Below, piece by piece: positions 1 to 9,734 of a stretch of 47,603 nucleotides of DNA. Numbering within the stretch: the stretch's first letter is position 1; the number at the start of each line of letters is the position of its first letter. Below the pieces are notes generated by a model. The model made no database searches, had not been told where the DNA came from, and worked only from the letters and a program-made list of their open reading frames with translations. The translations under genes and the position numbers were made by a program. Source of the stretch: a virus (lineage: Duplodnaviria; Caudoviricetes). The DNA lies in the IMG/VR virus record IMGVR_UViG_3300049228_000125, positions 1 to 47,603 of that record; one strand, given 5' to 3'.

Positions 1-127
1 GCTAACGACCGGCTTGGATGAGTCTATGTCGAGCAAGGCAATAGGTAAGTCGTCCCATTGTTCGCTCGAAGCATCGAGGGTTGAATAGAGTTTAACGTGC
101 AGATGTCCAGGAGGGTTTCCATGGAAG
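1..127. repeat. Terminal direct repeat copy 1 (circular assembly overlap)
   Basis: Bases 1-127 are identical to 47477-47603; 127 nt is a common assembler k-mer and an ORF reads through the join. Confidence 0.95.
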
Positions 128-246
128 TCTGCCTTGAACTGGAGGTGCGCGCGATCCCCGACACCAAGGGTAATTTCAGTGTCGAAAAATACCTCCGAAG
201 TGATGCTGCTCAATTTCGTCGCGTGTGTTTTTGTACCCCAGGTCAT
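1..246 (-). CDS. Hypothetical virion-region protein, 5' part (116 aa in total, continues at 47476..47372 across the circular join)
   Basis: ATG at 246 after GAGG; translates MTWGTKTHATKLSS...KPVVS|FIMRDYYKFRVSV...WYRVGIQL* without a stop across the junction. Confidence 0.75.
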   Translation of the reverse strand, partial: MTWGTKTHATKLSSITSEVFFDTEITLGVGDRAHLQFKADFHGNPPGHLHVKLYSTLDASSEQWDDLPIALLDIDSSKPVVS

Positions 247-270
247 ACCAGCCTCGCAAGGTTAAGGTTT

Positions 271-1002
271 CTATCTTTCCCACCATCCGATTTCGGGGAG
301 GAAGGATGACGCCACTGACTGCGCCGGAAGCCAGAGGTGGAAGAGAAGGCTCTCGTCCGGGCCGAGCACGATGGGAGGAATATTCTGCGTGTTCGCCATG
401 ATGGTCGAGATCGTGATCATATCCGGGATACCCGCCGCGCCGGAGCGGATCGTGTATTGGTCTCCGATGACGGGAATAGCCCCCTTCAACCAACGGTTGC
501 CGATAAGCGTCCGGACAGATGCCGTCGCAGCGGAAGCCGTGAGGTTCCCCGCATAGAGCTTCGCAACTGACGCGACGCTCGTCGGGCCGAGGTTCGTTAC
601 CTTCGAGGTTAACTCCGTGCCGCCGGAGGTGTAGCGATTGCCTCGATCCTTCGTAATCGCACACTGCAAGCTGGTCGGACCTGTCCCCGGCGCCGTGTTG
701 AGGAGCATGAGATAGTCAAGGTAGAACCTCGGCGCGACTTCGTCCGACGGATAGCCGTTATTGTAGAGGATAAGAAACGGGTTCGTTGCGGAAAACGCTG
801 TCGGCGCCGCAGCCGTTGCAAGCCCGGTTTGGTCGTTCGTCGCCATGTAGAACGAGCCCTCATCGGCAAGGGCATGTTTCGTGACGATAATCGGCATGGA
901 GAACTGCTCGCGATAGCGCGAAAGCCTCGGGTCGATGTCCGTACCATCCAGCTCGGCGTGTGGACGTGTACGATCCACCTCCATCATCGGGGTAAAGTCC
1001 AT
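271..1002 (-). CDS. Hypothetical protein, probably virion structural
   Basis: 243-aa Thr/Ala-rich ORF tightly packed in the late operon. Confidence 0.7.
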   Translation of the reverse strand: MDFTPMMEVDRTRPHAELDGTDIDPRLSRYREQFSMPIIVTKHALADEGSFYMATNDQTGLATAAAPTAFSATNPFLILYNNGYPSDEVAPRFYLDYLMLLNTAPGTGPTSLQCAITKDRGNRYTSGGTELTSKVTNLGPTSVASVAKLYAGNLTASAATASVRTLIGNRWLKGAIPVIGDQYTIRSGAAGIPDMITISTIMANTQNIPPIVLGPDESLLFHLWLPAQSVASSFLPEIGWWER

Positions 1003-1005
1003 GGG

Positions 1006-1251
1006 TTATAGCTCCATCGTGGAAAAGGTTGCGTTGGAATTGAGGAGATTGAGGATTTGGAAGAGAAGCTGGTTCGTCTCATCCAGTTTTGCGACGATCG
1101 CGGAGGTGTTTAGAACCTCATCCTCATCATCCCGGACCTCTACCCGCTGTCTCTCGACGGTGACCTGGGTATCCGCCCGGAGGATCTCCGCCGTATCGAC
1201 TTTCTTCCCGACAGAGTCGGCCGGGACTTGAATAAATCCATCATCGGTCAT
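1006..1251 (-). CDS. Hypothetical protein
   Basis: 81 aa, ATGA-coupled to the upstream ORF. Confidence 0.7.
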   Translation of the reverse strand: MTDDGFIQVPADSVGKKVDTAEILRADTQVTVERQRVEVRDDEDEVLNTSAIVAKLDETNQLLFQILNLLNSNATFSTMEL

Positions 1252-1493
1252 CTCGGCGTCATCCTTTTAATCGCCCGAGCGAGGGAGGCAAGGGTTTGCC
1301 GTTTATCGAAAAGACCTCCCTCATGGAGAAGGATATCATTCTTATAGCGCTCAAGCTCGCTAGGAGGAAGAGAAGCGAACCGTTCGTCCCGCTCCTTCCT
1401 CGGGGAGGTGGCCTCGATCTGTTCGATCTCCTCCCGTAACCGAAGAAATTCCTTCTGCATATTCTCCGGGAGATAGGGGTTTTCCATCATCAT
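1248..1493 (-). CDS. Hypothetical helical protein
   Basis: 81 aa, 4-nt overlaps with both neighbours. Confidence 0.7.
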   Translation of the reverse strand: MMMENPYLPENMQKEFLRLREEIEQIEATSPRKERDERFASLPPSELERYKNDILLHEGGLFDKRQTLASLARAIKRMTPR

Positions 1494-1915
1494 GTCGCCT
1501 GGAGGATCCCATTAGTTGCGTCGAAGTCGACCGTGAAGACCTCGCCGTTGAGGAGGGTGATCGCCGAGCCGTAATCCCACCACGCGCAGAGGGGTTTGGC
1601 CGGGGAGGTCTGCGTGTCGTCGTAAAGAACGGCGTAACGGAACGGTCCGATCGACCCACCCGAGGCGGTGAAGACAACGTCGGAGGCAACGGCTTTATAC
1701 GTGCCGGAGGTTTGCGCGGAGGAAGTAATCGTTGTCGCCGTTCCTCCCGCAGAGTACCCGTTCCCGGCGGAGATATCGGTAAGGTCGGCTTTTATAGTAT
1801 TCGTCGCAACGGGCGCCGAGTTCGTCAGCATGACCTTAAAGCTATGCGTTTGGAAGTCGATTTTCGCCTCGAAAACTTCCTCCACAAACGCCTGGAATTT
1901 ATTAAACGCAGCCAT
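1490..1915 (-). CDS. Virion structural protein (tail/fibre-associated type)
   Basis: MAAFNKF...FKVMLTN...GNGYSAGG...GPFRYAVLYDDT...DYGSAITL pattern typical of a widespread phage structural family. Confidence 0.75.
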   Translation of the reverse strand: MAAFNKFQAFVEEVFEAKIDFQTHSFKVMLTNSAPVATNTIKADLTDISAGNGYSAGGTATTITSSAQTSGTYKAVASDVVFTASGGSIGPFRYAVLYDDTQTSPAKPLCAWWDYGSAITLLNGEVFTVDFDATNGILQAT

Positions 1916-2247
1916 TAGTAGTCATCCCCTCCCTCATCCGCGTCCATCATCGCGGTTAAGTCGGCGATCCCGGACGGGGCGGTTGTTGCGGCCATGTTCG
2001 GCTTGCCCTCGAGGTCGATTTCGATCCGTCCGGGGAAGATTTTCGTCGGGCGAGGCTTATCTCCAGCCTCCTTATAATCCCATGGAGCTTCATAATCCGT
2101 TCCTTCATAGGGAGCCCGGACAGATTTAACCGATCCGTTCGCTGTGACCTGAACCTGCTTCCCTATTCCGAAGTCGGAGAGGTTCGTATCCGGCTCCACC
2201 GCCATCTCGAGGCACTCGCCTCCATATTCCTTTTTAGAGATGTACAT
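1915..2247 (-). CDS. Hypothetical protein
   Basis: 110 aa, AAGGAG RBS, TAATG overlap with the next gene. Confidence 0.7.
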   Translation of the reverse strand: MYISKKEYGGECLEMAVEPDTNLSDFGIGKQVQVTANGSVKSVRAPYEGTDYEAPWDYKEAGDKPRPTKIFPGRIEIDLEGKPNMAATTAPSGIADLTAMMDADEGGDDY

Positions 2248-2259
2248 TAGATAGCTCCT

Positions 2260-2604
2260 TTAAACCCAATACATGGCGCCGATTATTTGATTGAGGGTCA
2301 CGGCGGTCGTATCGCTGTCCGCAACAAGGTTCGTGATCGCGTATGCAATACCGAGGGCGAACGGGGTAGTCGCATGGGTCCGGTAGTTCACGAAGGTTCC
2401 GGCGGGGATGAGAATGGTTTCAACGGGGATATCAGTTCCAACAACAGGGGAGGTGGCCTTATCATACAGCTTCAAAAACGCCGCCGCACCTCCCGTATTT
2501 CCAAGGTTGATCCCCATAATCTTCCCAGGAGTGGACTTCACTAACGTCGCATTCGTCGTCGCAGCGGACATTATCCGCAAGCGGTTTGCGGCTTCGAGGA
2601 ACAT
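2260..2604 (-). CDS. Small beta-rich virion protein
   Basis: GGAGG RBS; SAATTNATLVK...FLKLYDKATSPVVGTD pattern common in phage structural regions. Confidence 0.7.
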   Translation of the reverse strand: MFLEAANRLRIMSAATTNATLVKSTPGKIMGINLGNTGGAAAFLKLYDKATSPVVGTDIPVETILIPAGTFVNYRTHATTPFALGIAYAITNLVADSDTTAVTLNQIIGAMYWV

Positions 2605-2618
2605 ATAAACCTCCGGGC

Positions 2619-2655
2619 AAAGAAAAAGGGAGGAGGGACGAACCCACCCTCCCTC
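2619..2655 (-). terminator. Rho-independent terminator after the capsid cluster
   Basis: Minus strand GAGGGAGGGUGGG-UUCG-UCCCUCCUCCC-UUUUUCUUU. Confidence 0.8.
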
Positions 2656-2682
2656 GATTTACGCGAGATAAGAAGAAAGCTT

Positions 2683-3018
2683 TTAGGCGAGTTCGAGAAG
2701 GAAGAGTTGAACTTCGGGGTCTACATCGGTCCAGTCTTCCGTATTGGTCTGGAATTCAAGGACTGTATCGACATCAAAGGCTCTATATCCTGCCCCACCT
2801 CCTTGCCATCCTCCATTAGAGAGCACAGCTACCGCTATAGTTTCATTAACGGTTTGCCCTTTAATTCGAAGATAGAGGCCAACTGCCTTCGGCACATTAT
2901 TCGTCATCATACCGAGCACTACATGACGGGCCGGTAGGACATATTCCTGAAGCTCAGTTACATGCTCAAGCTTCTCGATTTTAATCGATGGGCCGCAAAC
3001 ACTGGCTGTATGTAACAT
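2683..3018 (-). CDS. Hypothetical protein
   Basis: 111 aa, GAGG RBS, between the decoration gene and the terminator. Confidence 0.65.
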   Translation of the reverse strand: MLHTASVCGPSIKIEKLEHVTELQEYVLPARHVVLGMMTNNVPKAVGLYLRIKGQTVNETIAVAVLSNGGWQGGGAGYRAFDVDTVLEFQTNTEDWTDVDPEVQLFLLELA

Positions 3019-3031
3019 CTAGACCTCGTTA

Positions 3032-3409
3032 TTAGGCGGGAACAACCGTAGCCGCTGCAATTACTGCCTGCGACCAAGAAGCGATCACCCACCATTGGCC
3101 TTGCATAAACTGGAAGGTGACAGAACTTCCGGCCGCCGTGAGCTGAATTGTAGCTGAGACCGGGGCAGCTCCTGCAAAGTTTGCGGGGGTGATGACAGGG
3201 CTGCCGCCATTTACAGCAAGCACAACTCGTTTGATTTGCCCATCAACGCCATCAGCAAGAGTGAGGGCGTTGGCGCCGGTCGAGGTGAAGTAGGTCGTTT
3301 CCGTAAGGAGAGAAAGCGCTCCTGCTCCCGACATCATGTCGTAGGAGCCACTTACCTTCCCGCTCGATTTACAGTCCTTGAACTCAGAGTCGAATAGATT
3401 TTGACGCAT
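3032..3409 (-). CDS. Putative head decoration / minor capsid protein
   Basis: GGGAGG RBS then ATG at 3409 (MRQNLFDSEF); LTLADGVDGQIK...GSSVTFQF...WWVI beta-rich pattern; immediately follows the MCP. Confidence 0.65.
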   Translation of the reverse strand: MRQNLFDSEFKDCKSSGKVSGSYDMMSGAGALSLLTETTYFTSTGANALTLADGVDGQIKRVVLAVNGGSPVITPANFAGAAPVSATIQLTAAGSSVTFQFMQGQWWVIASWSQAVIAAATVVPA

Positions 3410-3420
3410 AGAAGCCTCCC

Positions 3421-4677
3421 TTAGGCCGTCGGCAGGCCGATAACCAGCCCGGTGAAGTTGCCGTGATAGGCCATCGTCAATCCGCCCCGATCGATCTGGA
3501 TCGAGCATTCGGTCTGGAAGAAGCCCCTCCGAACGTCCTCATCGTCGGCCTGGACGTCATCCTTCGACTTCGTATCGCGGTTTTTCATCGCGACGTAGCG
3601 CAGGGAGTCGAAGTCGATATAGAAGGCTGAGGAGGTGTACTTCCCATGCACGTTCATGAGGGGGTGAGAACGAAGGAAGATGCTCCCCTGCGGCATACGG
3701 AACCGCATGAACTCAAACCCGTACACCTTGACCGGGCCGACGTAATGAATGTCGGTGTTGGGGTCCTGGTTGATGAGCTTATTGAAGGTGTTCAGGTATT
3801 GGTTTCCGCAGAAGCCGATACGCTCATCGCCACCACCCGTTTCATAGTCGAACATGGGGTAGAGGTTGTTAAGCATGTCGTTGACGGTTGTGGTCGTGCC
3901 GGAGAAGATGGTCGTCCGGTTCGCGGGAATGAAGTCTCGGAGCCCGCCCATATAACGGAGCGGCTTCCCATTCGTACCCGTCGTTTCGAACTTCTGGCCG
4001 TAGAGGATGGACCACTCGATCCCTCGCGCATGATCGAAGGTTTTGCGCTTCTTATCATTGCTCCAGGCACTGCCGGTCCGGAAGTTCGTCTGGTCGGTCG
4101 TGCCGGTGAGTTCGTAGGTGTCCTTGAAGATCTGCGTCAGGTTCGAGTATTTGATGGGATTGCGAGAGACCGCCTGCGGTGCAGGGGTACCTTCCGCGTA
4201 GGCCGAGCCCATCAGGGTGAGTTTGTCGTTGGTGGAAAGGGAAACAGCGGTCGAGCCGGCGACGCCTCGCTCCGCCTGGAACTGGGTGATGGAGAGGACC
4301 TGGATGACCCGCATAACTTCGTCGTTATGATTGGTCGTTTCGGTCTTTTCCACCCGAATGAGATCACCGGGTTTCAGATGCGTTGCGAGGCCCCATTGGG
4401 CGTCCGGGGTCGTCGCATCCGGGTCGGTCGAGTTCACGTTGATGGTGGTCTCGGCGGAAGTGTGGGAGGCGGAGACATTAAGTCTCACGTTCACATTCGG
4501 CTCGTCCCACCAGGAGAATTCCGGATCATCCGTCGTGCGTTTCTTCGCCCGGGAGGTGAGCGCGTAGATTGGGCTCGCCCCGTTCGGGTTCCGAAACATG
4601 ATCATTTCGCGGAAGTTCTTCGGGCGCTCATCCGTCCCGAAGTCACCCGTCGCGCGCAGGCCAGCAACAGCAGCCAT
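3421..4677 (-). CDS. Major capsid protein (SU10/DUF5309-like)
   Basis: 418 aa after the scaffold; NLTQIFKD, IEWSILYG and RYMGGL motifs recalled from this MCP family. Confidence 0.85.
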   Translation of the reverse strand: MAAVAGLRATGDFGTDERPKNFREMIMFRNPNGASPIYALTSRAKKRTTDDPEFSWWDEPNVNVRLNVSASHTSAETTINVNSTDPDATTPDAQWGLATHLKPGDLIRVEKTETTNHNDEVMRVIQVLSITQFQAERGVAGSTAVSLSTNDKLTLMGSAYAEGTPAPQAVSRNPIKYSNLTQIFKDTYELTGTTDQTNFRTGSAWSNDKKRKTFDHARGIEWSILYGQKFETTGTNGKPLRYMGGLRDFIPANRTTIFSGTTTTVNDMLNNLYPMFDYETGGGDERIGFCGNQYLNTFNKLINQDPNTDIHYVGPVKVYGFEFMRFRMPQGSIFLRSHPLMNVHGKYTSSAFYIDFDSLRYVAMKNRDTKSKDDVQADDEDVRRGFFQTECSIQIDRGGLTMAYHGNFTGLVIGLPTA

Positions 4678-4702
4678 TTAGTCCCTCATGAAGGAAAAAG
4701 TT

Positions 4703-5602
4703 CTATTCATCGCCAGCCCGAAGTTGGGCGTTGAGGAAGTCCAGCCCCGCAAGGCCTCCGCCAGTTCCCTGCCCCGTCTGTGGAGCCGACGCACCTGCCG
4801 GGGTAAACGGGCGCGGTTGACCGCGTCGCACACCCGGACGTACAGGGGCATTCGTCTTGACCGGAAGGGGGAGTTTGAAGATTGAATGAGCTGTTTCGCC
4901 GAGAAGCTTAACGAACTCCGCCTTCGCCATCGTGGGGTTGAGGCCACGGAGGGTAACGGCAAGCTCTTTAAGGGGCTTCACGAAACGCTCTTCCTTCAGC
5001 GCAGGAAAGTCTCCATAGAAACCGTCATGCACTTCCCGCGTCCGGTTCGTCAGGTCAACGAGGTTTGCGACGACCGTTGGAAGGGTCGCCCTAAGCGCGT
5101 TGTTCACCTGCACCATGGTGAGGAGGAAATTCTTGGCGTTCTGCTTCTCGATGAACTCCGTAACCTCCGGAGCGAAACCGAGCGCCTCAGCCGTTTTGGG
5201 GTCGATCTTGAAATGCGTCGTGGCGAGGTTGCCGATGATCGCATCCGCGTTTGCGGCGACAAATTCCTCGATGTTCACGGAGGGCTGAGGCTGTTCCGTG
5301 GCACCGGGTTGCACAACAGGCTGCTGGGTCTGCTGCACGGGAGGGACAGGGGGAGGAGGCGTCACAGGCTTTACATCTGTGACGGGAACCTTCGGGGCTG
5401 ACGCACCAGAAAGGTCCTGGACGACCGGAGGTGCCTTCGCGGCGGGGGGAGCTACCGCTGCGGGTTTCTCTGTCCCCGCAGACATGTCACTTTCGTTTAG
5501 GTCCGCCGGGTCATCCCCGCCCTCGCCGAAGCTCAGGTCGAGTCCACCTTCGTCGAAACCGAAATCAATTCCGCCGTCGTCATCACCTTCATTCGTCATC
5601 AT
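4703..5602 (-). CDS. Capsid scaffolding protein
   Basis: Acidic, Pro/Gln-rich disordered N-terminus and helical core; lies between portal and MCP. Confidence 0.7.
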   Translation of the reverse strand: MMTNEGDDDGGIDFGFDEGGLDLSFGEGGDDPADLNESDMSAGTEKPAAVAPPAAKAPPVVQDLSGASAPKVPVTDVKPVTPPPPVPPVQQTQQPVVQPGATEQPQPSVNIEEFVAANADAIIGNLATTHFKIDPKTAEALGFAPEVTEFIEKQNAKNFLLTMVQVNNALRATLPTVVANLVDLTNRTREVHDGFYGDFPALKEERFVKPLKELAVTLRGLNPTMAKAEFVKLLGETAHSIFKLPLPVKTNAPVRPGVRRGQPRPFTPAGASAPQTGQGTGGGLAGLDFLNAQLRAGDE

Positions 5603-5912
5603 GGGACGTCTCCATAGCTACAGAAAACTCGTTGATTATGTTCTCCGGAACACCCATAACGTACATATACGTCTCGGCTTCGCGGAGATCGAGGTTCACG
5701 GCCAGGAGGGCATCCAGAGAACCTGCGGACATTTGACGCATTCTGATGCGCCACGCATGGTCCTGAAGAACACTACAAAGGTACTGCCATCCTGGAGACG
5801 AAACAAGCGCTCTAAGCTTTGCGATTACCTCCCGCTTTTGAGCGGAGTCTTTTTCGGAAGGAGTCATGCCCTCATAAGGGTCATGCGGAATATTATGCGG
5901 CAAGTCGGCCAT
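5589..5912 (-). CDS. Hypothetical protein (small gene between portal and scaffold)
   Basis: 107 aa with LVSSPGWQYL motif; overlaps both neighbours. Confidence 0.7.
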   Translation of the reverse strand: MADLPHNIPHDPYEGMTPSEKDSAQKREVIAKLRALVSSPGWQYLCSVLQDHAWRIRMRQMSAGSLDALLAVNLDLREAETYMYVMGVPENIINEFSVAMETSHDDE

Positions 5913-7845
5913 CGGCGTTTCCTATCGGGAGCGGTCCTTGCCCTGGGATTTGGCGAAGGAGGTTGGGGTTGGAGGAAGGAGCCCCACCTTGGATGGGGAT
6001 GTCATTCGGGGCGGGTTGCTCGCCCGGCTGCATCATCTGGATTTTAAATCGGTCGATGTTGCGAATACCTGCGAGCTGAGCGATGTAGGCGAAGATCTTC
6101 CCGATGTCATATTGCATAGCGATAGGCTGGGAGGTCATGATGGCCTGGAGAAGCTCCTTCCAGAGGTTCACCTGGGCCATGCGGTCAAGGGGGAAGGTCC
6201 CATCGATCGCGACGAAGTCGAAGTTCCCGGCGATAAGAGCGGGGTTGACCTGAAGAAAGGCTGCGCCAGCATTCATCGCGAGGTCGCCAACCACCCGGAC
6301 CTTCATGTCCGCATCGAAGTACTGCTGGGAGTTCATGACGATCTGAGAGGCGAAGTCCTCAAACCCGAGGCACGACATATATTCGGTCGTAACCTTTTGC
6401 CGGCCGGCGGAGGCGGTATTGGAGGAGCGGATTTCCGTCGCTGTACGCCGGCCGGACTTCGTCTGCGTCCCGGTCATGGCATCGCTTACGCCATGAGCGC
6501 GCTCCCCGATCCCGACCATCGTGTTCATGTCGCTCACGTGGGTGCGGGTGACGTCCATGACATTGAGCTGCTGCACCGCATCTCCGGGGGTGAGGCGCGC
6601 ACCTGGGCGGAGACGGATAAGCCCGCCTGGAAGCGGGTCGGTTAGGTCCTTCATGTTGACTTTAGAGGGGTCGACAACGAGGAGATTATTCAACGCGGCT
6701 CGAACATTGTACATGTGAGCGTTGAACAGCCAGTCCATCGTGGTCTGCACGCCTTTATTTATCTCCGGGAAGCCTCGGTTCGAAAGGGCATAGGCATCGG
6801 GCTCCATTTCGTTGACAGAAAAGGGATACCGGCAGTGCATCGCGCCGAAGGGTTGAGCTCCGATGACTGTCTTCCAGTCGGCGGTTATGGTGAAGACCCA
6901 TTTCGTCGGGTAGGTCGACCCTCCAAGCTTCCAATCTGCGGGGACGAGTTGGACAAAGACCTCATAGATAGGGACGATGTCCGGGTGAGTCGGGGAGTCG
7001 GAAGAAAGTCTTGAATAGGAGATATCAAGGTCGATAGCGTCATCGGTCGGACGTTCGACGGAAGAGTCCTCGCCCCGATCGTCGAGGAAGCGCGGGAGGA
7101 TTTTCGAATCGATAGCGTCCAGGTTCATGTAGAACCCGTCCCGCTCGCGCTGTTTGATCGTCAGCCAGGATAAACGCTGGCGAGTTCCGCAGTACTGCCC
7201 CTTTTGGAAGTCCCGCATGGCGACGCGAGGATCGGGAAGGAAGTCGCGAGGATGGACGTTGAACGCGGCGTTCCCGGTGTAGCCTTGGACCGTAGTGGTT
7301 TGCATCTCCTCGCCAAGGTCCGCGCCGGTAAGCTCATCGGTGAGGGGAACGATCTCGGTCACCTCCTGGACGTCGTTCATCCAGTAGTTCCCGATGATGC
7401 CCGTCCCGTTCTTCGCGGTGTCATAGAGCCAGGAGTAGATGTTCGGCCCCATCCTCGCGCCACGGTATTGGTAGTCAATGAGGGCCTCGACGGCCATGCA
7501 TTGCTGCTGGGTCTCGCCGTGCCGCCCATCGAACTGGAAGATCGGGGTACGGGAGAGGAAGACGCTCGCCATGTAGGAGAACGCCGACATCGTCACGCCG
7601 TAGGTATAGGGAACCTTAATCGTCGTGAAGGACGGCTTTCCCTTTACCTCGCGATTGTTCCGCCTCCGCATGTCCGCGTCGGACTCCGGGATGTAGGCGA
7701 CCATCTCGTCTTCAGCTTCGGTCCATTTCTTCCGCTTATCCTGGAACTTGCGCTCCGAGAATTTCATGAACCTCCGGCATTCGTTGAGGATGAAATCATG
7801 GAGGTCGGTCCCCCGGCGGATATCTCTACGGGACAGGCTCGGCAT
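5893..7845 (-). CDS. Portal protein
   Basis: About 650 aa directly after TerL (TAATG overlap); RRTATEI motif and length typical of podovirus portals. Confidence 0.85.
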   Translation of the reverse strand: MPSLSRRDIRRGTDLHDFILNECRRFMKFSERKFQDKRKKWTEAEDEMVAYIPESDADMRRRNNREVKGKPSFTTIKVPYTYGVTMSAFSYMASVFLSRTPIFQFDGRHGETQQQCMAVEALIDYQYRGARMGPNIYSWLYDTAKNGTGIIGNYWMNDVQEVTEIVPLTDELTGADLGEEMQTTTVQGYTGNAAFNVHPRDFLPDPRVAMRDFQKGQYCGTRQRLSWLTIKQRERDGFYMNLDAIDSKILPRFLDDRGEDSSVERPTDDAIDLDISYSRLSSDSPTHPDIVPIYEVFVQLVPADWKLGGSTYPTKWVFTITADWKTVIGAQPFGAMHCRYPFSVNEMEPDAYALSNRGFPEINKGVQTTMDWLFNAHMYNVRAALNNLLVVDPSKVNMKDLTDPLPGGLIRLRPGARLTPGDAVQQLNVMDVTRTHVSDMNTMVGIGERAHGVSDAMTGTQTKSGRRTATEIRSSNTASAGRQKVTTEYMSCLGFEDFASQIVMNSQQYFDADMKVRVVGDLAMNAGAAFLQVNPALIAGNFDFVAIDGTFPLDRMAQVNLWKELLQAIMTSQPIAMQYDIGKIFAYIAQLAGIRNIDRFKIQMMQPGEQPAPNDIPIQGGAPSSNPNLLRQIPGQGPLPIGNADGRLAA

Positions 7846-9335
7846 TAGGGGCACCCTCCAATTCTTACAAGGGGGTTGAAGGCTTCGTCGAGTTCATCGT
7901 CCTGCTCCTCAACCTCCGCCGAAGCAAGGCCATCTATGCACATGGCGACAGCGTCAAGGACGTCATCGTGCGTGACGGCGGGGTAGTCAGTGTATTGGTC
8001 GATGAACTCGGAATGTTGGGGTAAGATGTAAAGCATACCTTGGGAGGCGGGGCCCGACAAGGCGTCGACGATCCGGGAACGCTTCGACCGCGTGTCCGGG
8101 GTTTCGTCAATCTCGGTGTATTCTCGGCGGAGGAGCATGGCTTTTTGAAGTAGCCAGGCGAGGGTGCTCTGGTAGCCGGTAGGCTCTACCCGCATCTTCT
8201 TCGGCCGCCAGCGGGAGCGCATTTCGAAGAAGGTCTTTATGCTCCACTCGGGATCGTGACCCCGGGACATCTTGTAGTCGAGGAGGTAGTAGGCACCACG
8301 CCAATATCCCACGCAGGCGAAGACCTCGAAGTCCTTATTGATATTCCCTCTCTCCAACTGGGCCTTCGACGGTTTCGGGACGGGGTCAACCGACATGACC
8401 TTCCACATTTGGTGGATAGGTAGGTCCTCCATGTCGTAATACTTCAGCCACTCGACCTTGAAGTCGGAGGTCTCAGCCGTGACGAGCTTGCACTCCATTT
8501 CTTTCGCAAAAAGGCTCTTCTTATTCCTCGCGATCGCGCCAACTTTCTTCCGCCTCAGCATCTGCGTGGGAAAGCGGTACTCCCAGGAGGATTCTTGGAA
8601 GTCGAGGGGAAGGTCCTCGGTCTCCAGCGTCCAGCATCCCTGGCGGACGTTATACCATTCGGGGTCTTTTAGCGCCTGCATCGAGGCGTCTTGCGGATGG
8701 AACGGGGTTTGGAGCATCGCGAGCATGGCGTTCTCGTTCTCGGTCTCCGGGGCGAGGGAGTTAACGAGGGCGCCGAGGATTTTGTCCTCAATCTTTAGGC
8801 GTTGCTCCGGGGATGCTGTGGACTCTTCGTCATACGCGTCGTCAACGACGATAAGATCGGGGCGGTAATCGTCAACGTTGATACCTCGGTGGGAGCCATG
8901 GATACCCATCCCAAGAACCCATATGGAATGGCCGAGGAGCTTATGTTTAATCTCAAGCGTATCATTATTCCAGGTGTCTCCTATTTCGAGGTGATATGCC
9001 TGGCGAAACCGCTCGTTTGTTTCAATAACCTTCTTAATCCATCCGACGGATTGAAGGGCTTTCCTCTCGCTCGCGCCGATATAGAGAACGGTCCGGGACA
9101 TTCCATAGGCGATGCGCCGGATTGTGAAGACCCGGCACCGTGTTGTTTTCGCCGAACCTCTGTACATCTGTAGGTTAAGAAGCCGGACCTTCGTGCTCTC
9201 CAGCGGCGCCCAGACCCTGTTCTCGAAGTTGGGAAACGGATCGCGGAACGTGTTCGGGAACCACGAACGACAAAAGAAGCGGTGGTCAACCGCTCCTAGT
9301 TCGACAACTTCCTTCAGGTCGGGGAGAAGAGCCAA
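7845..9335 (-). CDS. terL: Terminase large subunit
   Basis: Walker A-like YRGSAKTT, Walker B LIVVDD, RNase H-like nuclease acids (SVDP...HDDVLDA); TTG start after GAGGA. Confidence 0.92.
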   Translation of the reverse strand: MALLPDLKEVVELGAVDHRFFCRSWFPNTFRDPFPNFENRVWAPLESTKVRLLNLQMYRGSAKTTRCRVFTIRRIAYGMSRTVLYIGASERKALQSVGWIKKVIETNERFRQAYHLEIGDTWNNDTLEIKHKLLGHSIWVLGMGIHGSHRGINVDDYRPDLIVVDDAYDEESTASPEQRLKIEDKILGALVNSLAPETENENAMLAMLQTPFHPQDASMQALKDPEWYNVRQGCWTLETEDLPLDFQESSWEYRFPTQMLRRKKVGAIARNKKSLFAKEMECKLVTAETSDFKVEWLKYYDMEDLPIHQMWKVMSVDPVPKPSKAQLERGNINKDFEVFACVGYWRGAYYLLDYKMSRGHDPEWSIKTFFEMRSRWRPKKMRVEPTGYQSTLAWLLQKAMLLRREYTEIDETPDTRSKRSRIVDALSGPASQGMLYILPQHSEFIDQYTDYPAVTHDDVLDAVAMCIDGLASAEVEEQDDELDEAFNPLVRIGGCP

Positions 9336-9336
9336 G

Positions 9337-9558
9337 CTATTCCTCGCTGATGACTACGGGCTTCCCCGTTTTGCGCTCGATTTCGGCGTTGACTTCTCCC
9401 GCAAGCATTTCGGAGATGCCTTTAATGCGATGGCCTCCGCCGTCGATAGGATCTCCGTCACGGTTGAGTATGGGTGACTGCTCGGGATGGTCAAGGTCGA
9501 TGACGCGGTAGTTTTGATTCTTGCGCTTGCTCACGCTTTCCTTCACGCCGGCTCTCAT
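9337..9558 (-). CDS. Hypothetical protein
   Basis: 73 aa, fills the gap, ATGA-coupled. Confidence 0.65.
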   Translation of the reverse strand: MRAGVKESVSKRKNQNYRVIDLDHPEQSPILNRDGDPIDGGGHRIKGISEMLAGEVNAEIERKTGKPVVISEE

Positions 9559-9734
9559 TTCTTCTTCCCTCCGAACGGATTCGCCTTCGGGGTTGCTGCG
9601 TAGTCGCCGAGCTGGCTTTCACTCATGGCCTCCATATCGCCAGAGGGTGTTCCTTTCGGGAGGCTTACACCTTTCCGCTTCGCGCCGAGGGCTGCGCCGG
9701 CGGCCTTCTGCTGCGCTTTACTTTTCGGGGGCAT
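9555..9734 (-). CDS. DUF3008-like small basic protein
   Basis: MPPKSKAQQKAAGAALGAKR...MSESQLGDYAAT closely matches the DUF3008 pattern as recalled; GGAG RBS before ATG 9734. Confidence 0.75.
   Translation of the reverse strand: MPPKSKAQQKAAGAALGAKRKGVSLPKGTPSGDMEAMSESQLGDYAATPKANPFGGKKK

Noticed and set aside
3409-3508. Programmed -1 frameshift fusing the capsid protein to the decoration protein
   Set aside because: The -1 frame is open over the MCP 3' end, but I see no X XXY YYZ slippery site and the downstream gene has its own strong RBS.
3646-7848. Long plus-strand ORFs opposite the capsid, scaffold and portal genes (and similar antisense ORFs elsewhere)
   Set aside because: These are typical shadow ORFs of GC-rich coding sequence, with no recognisable motifs.
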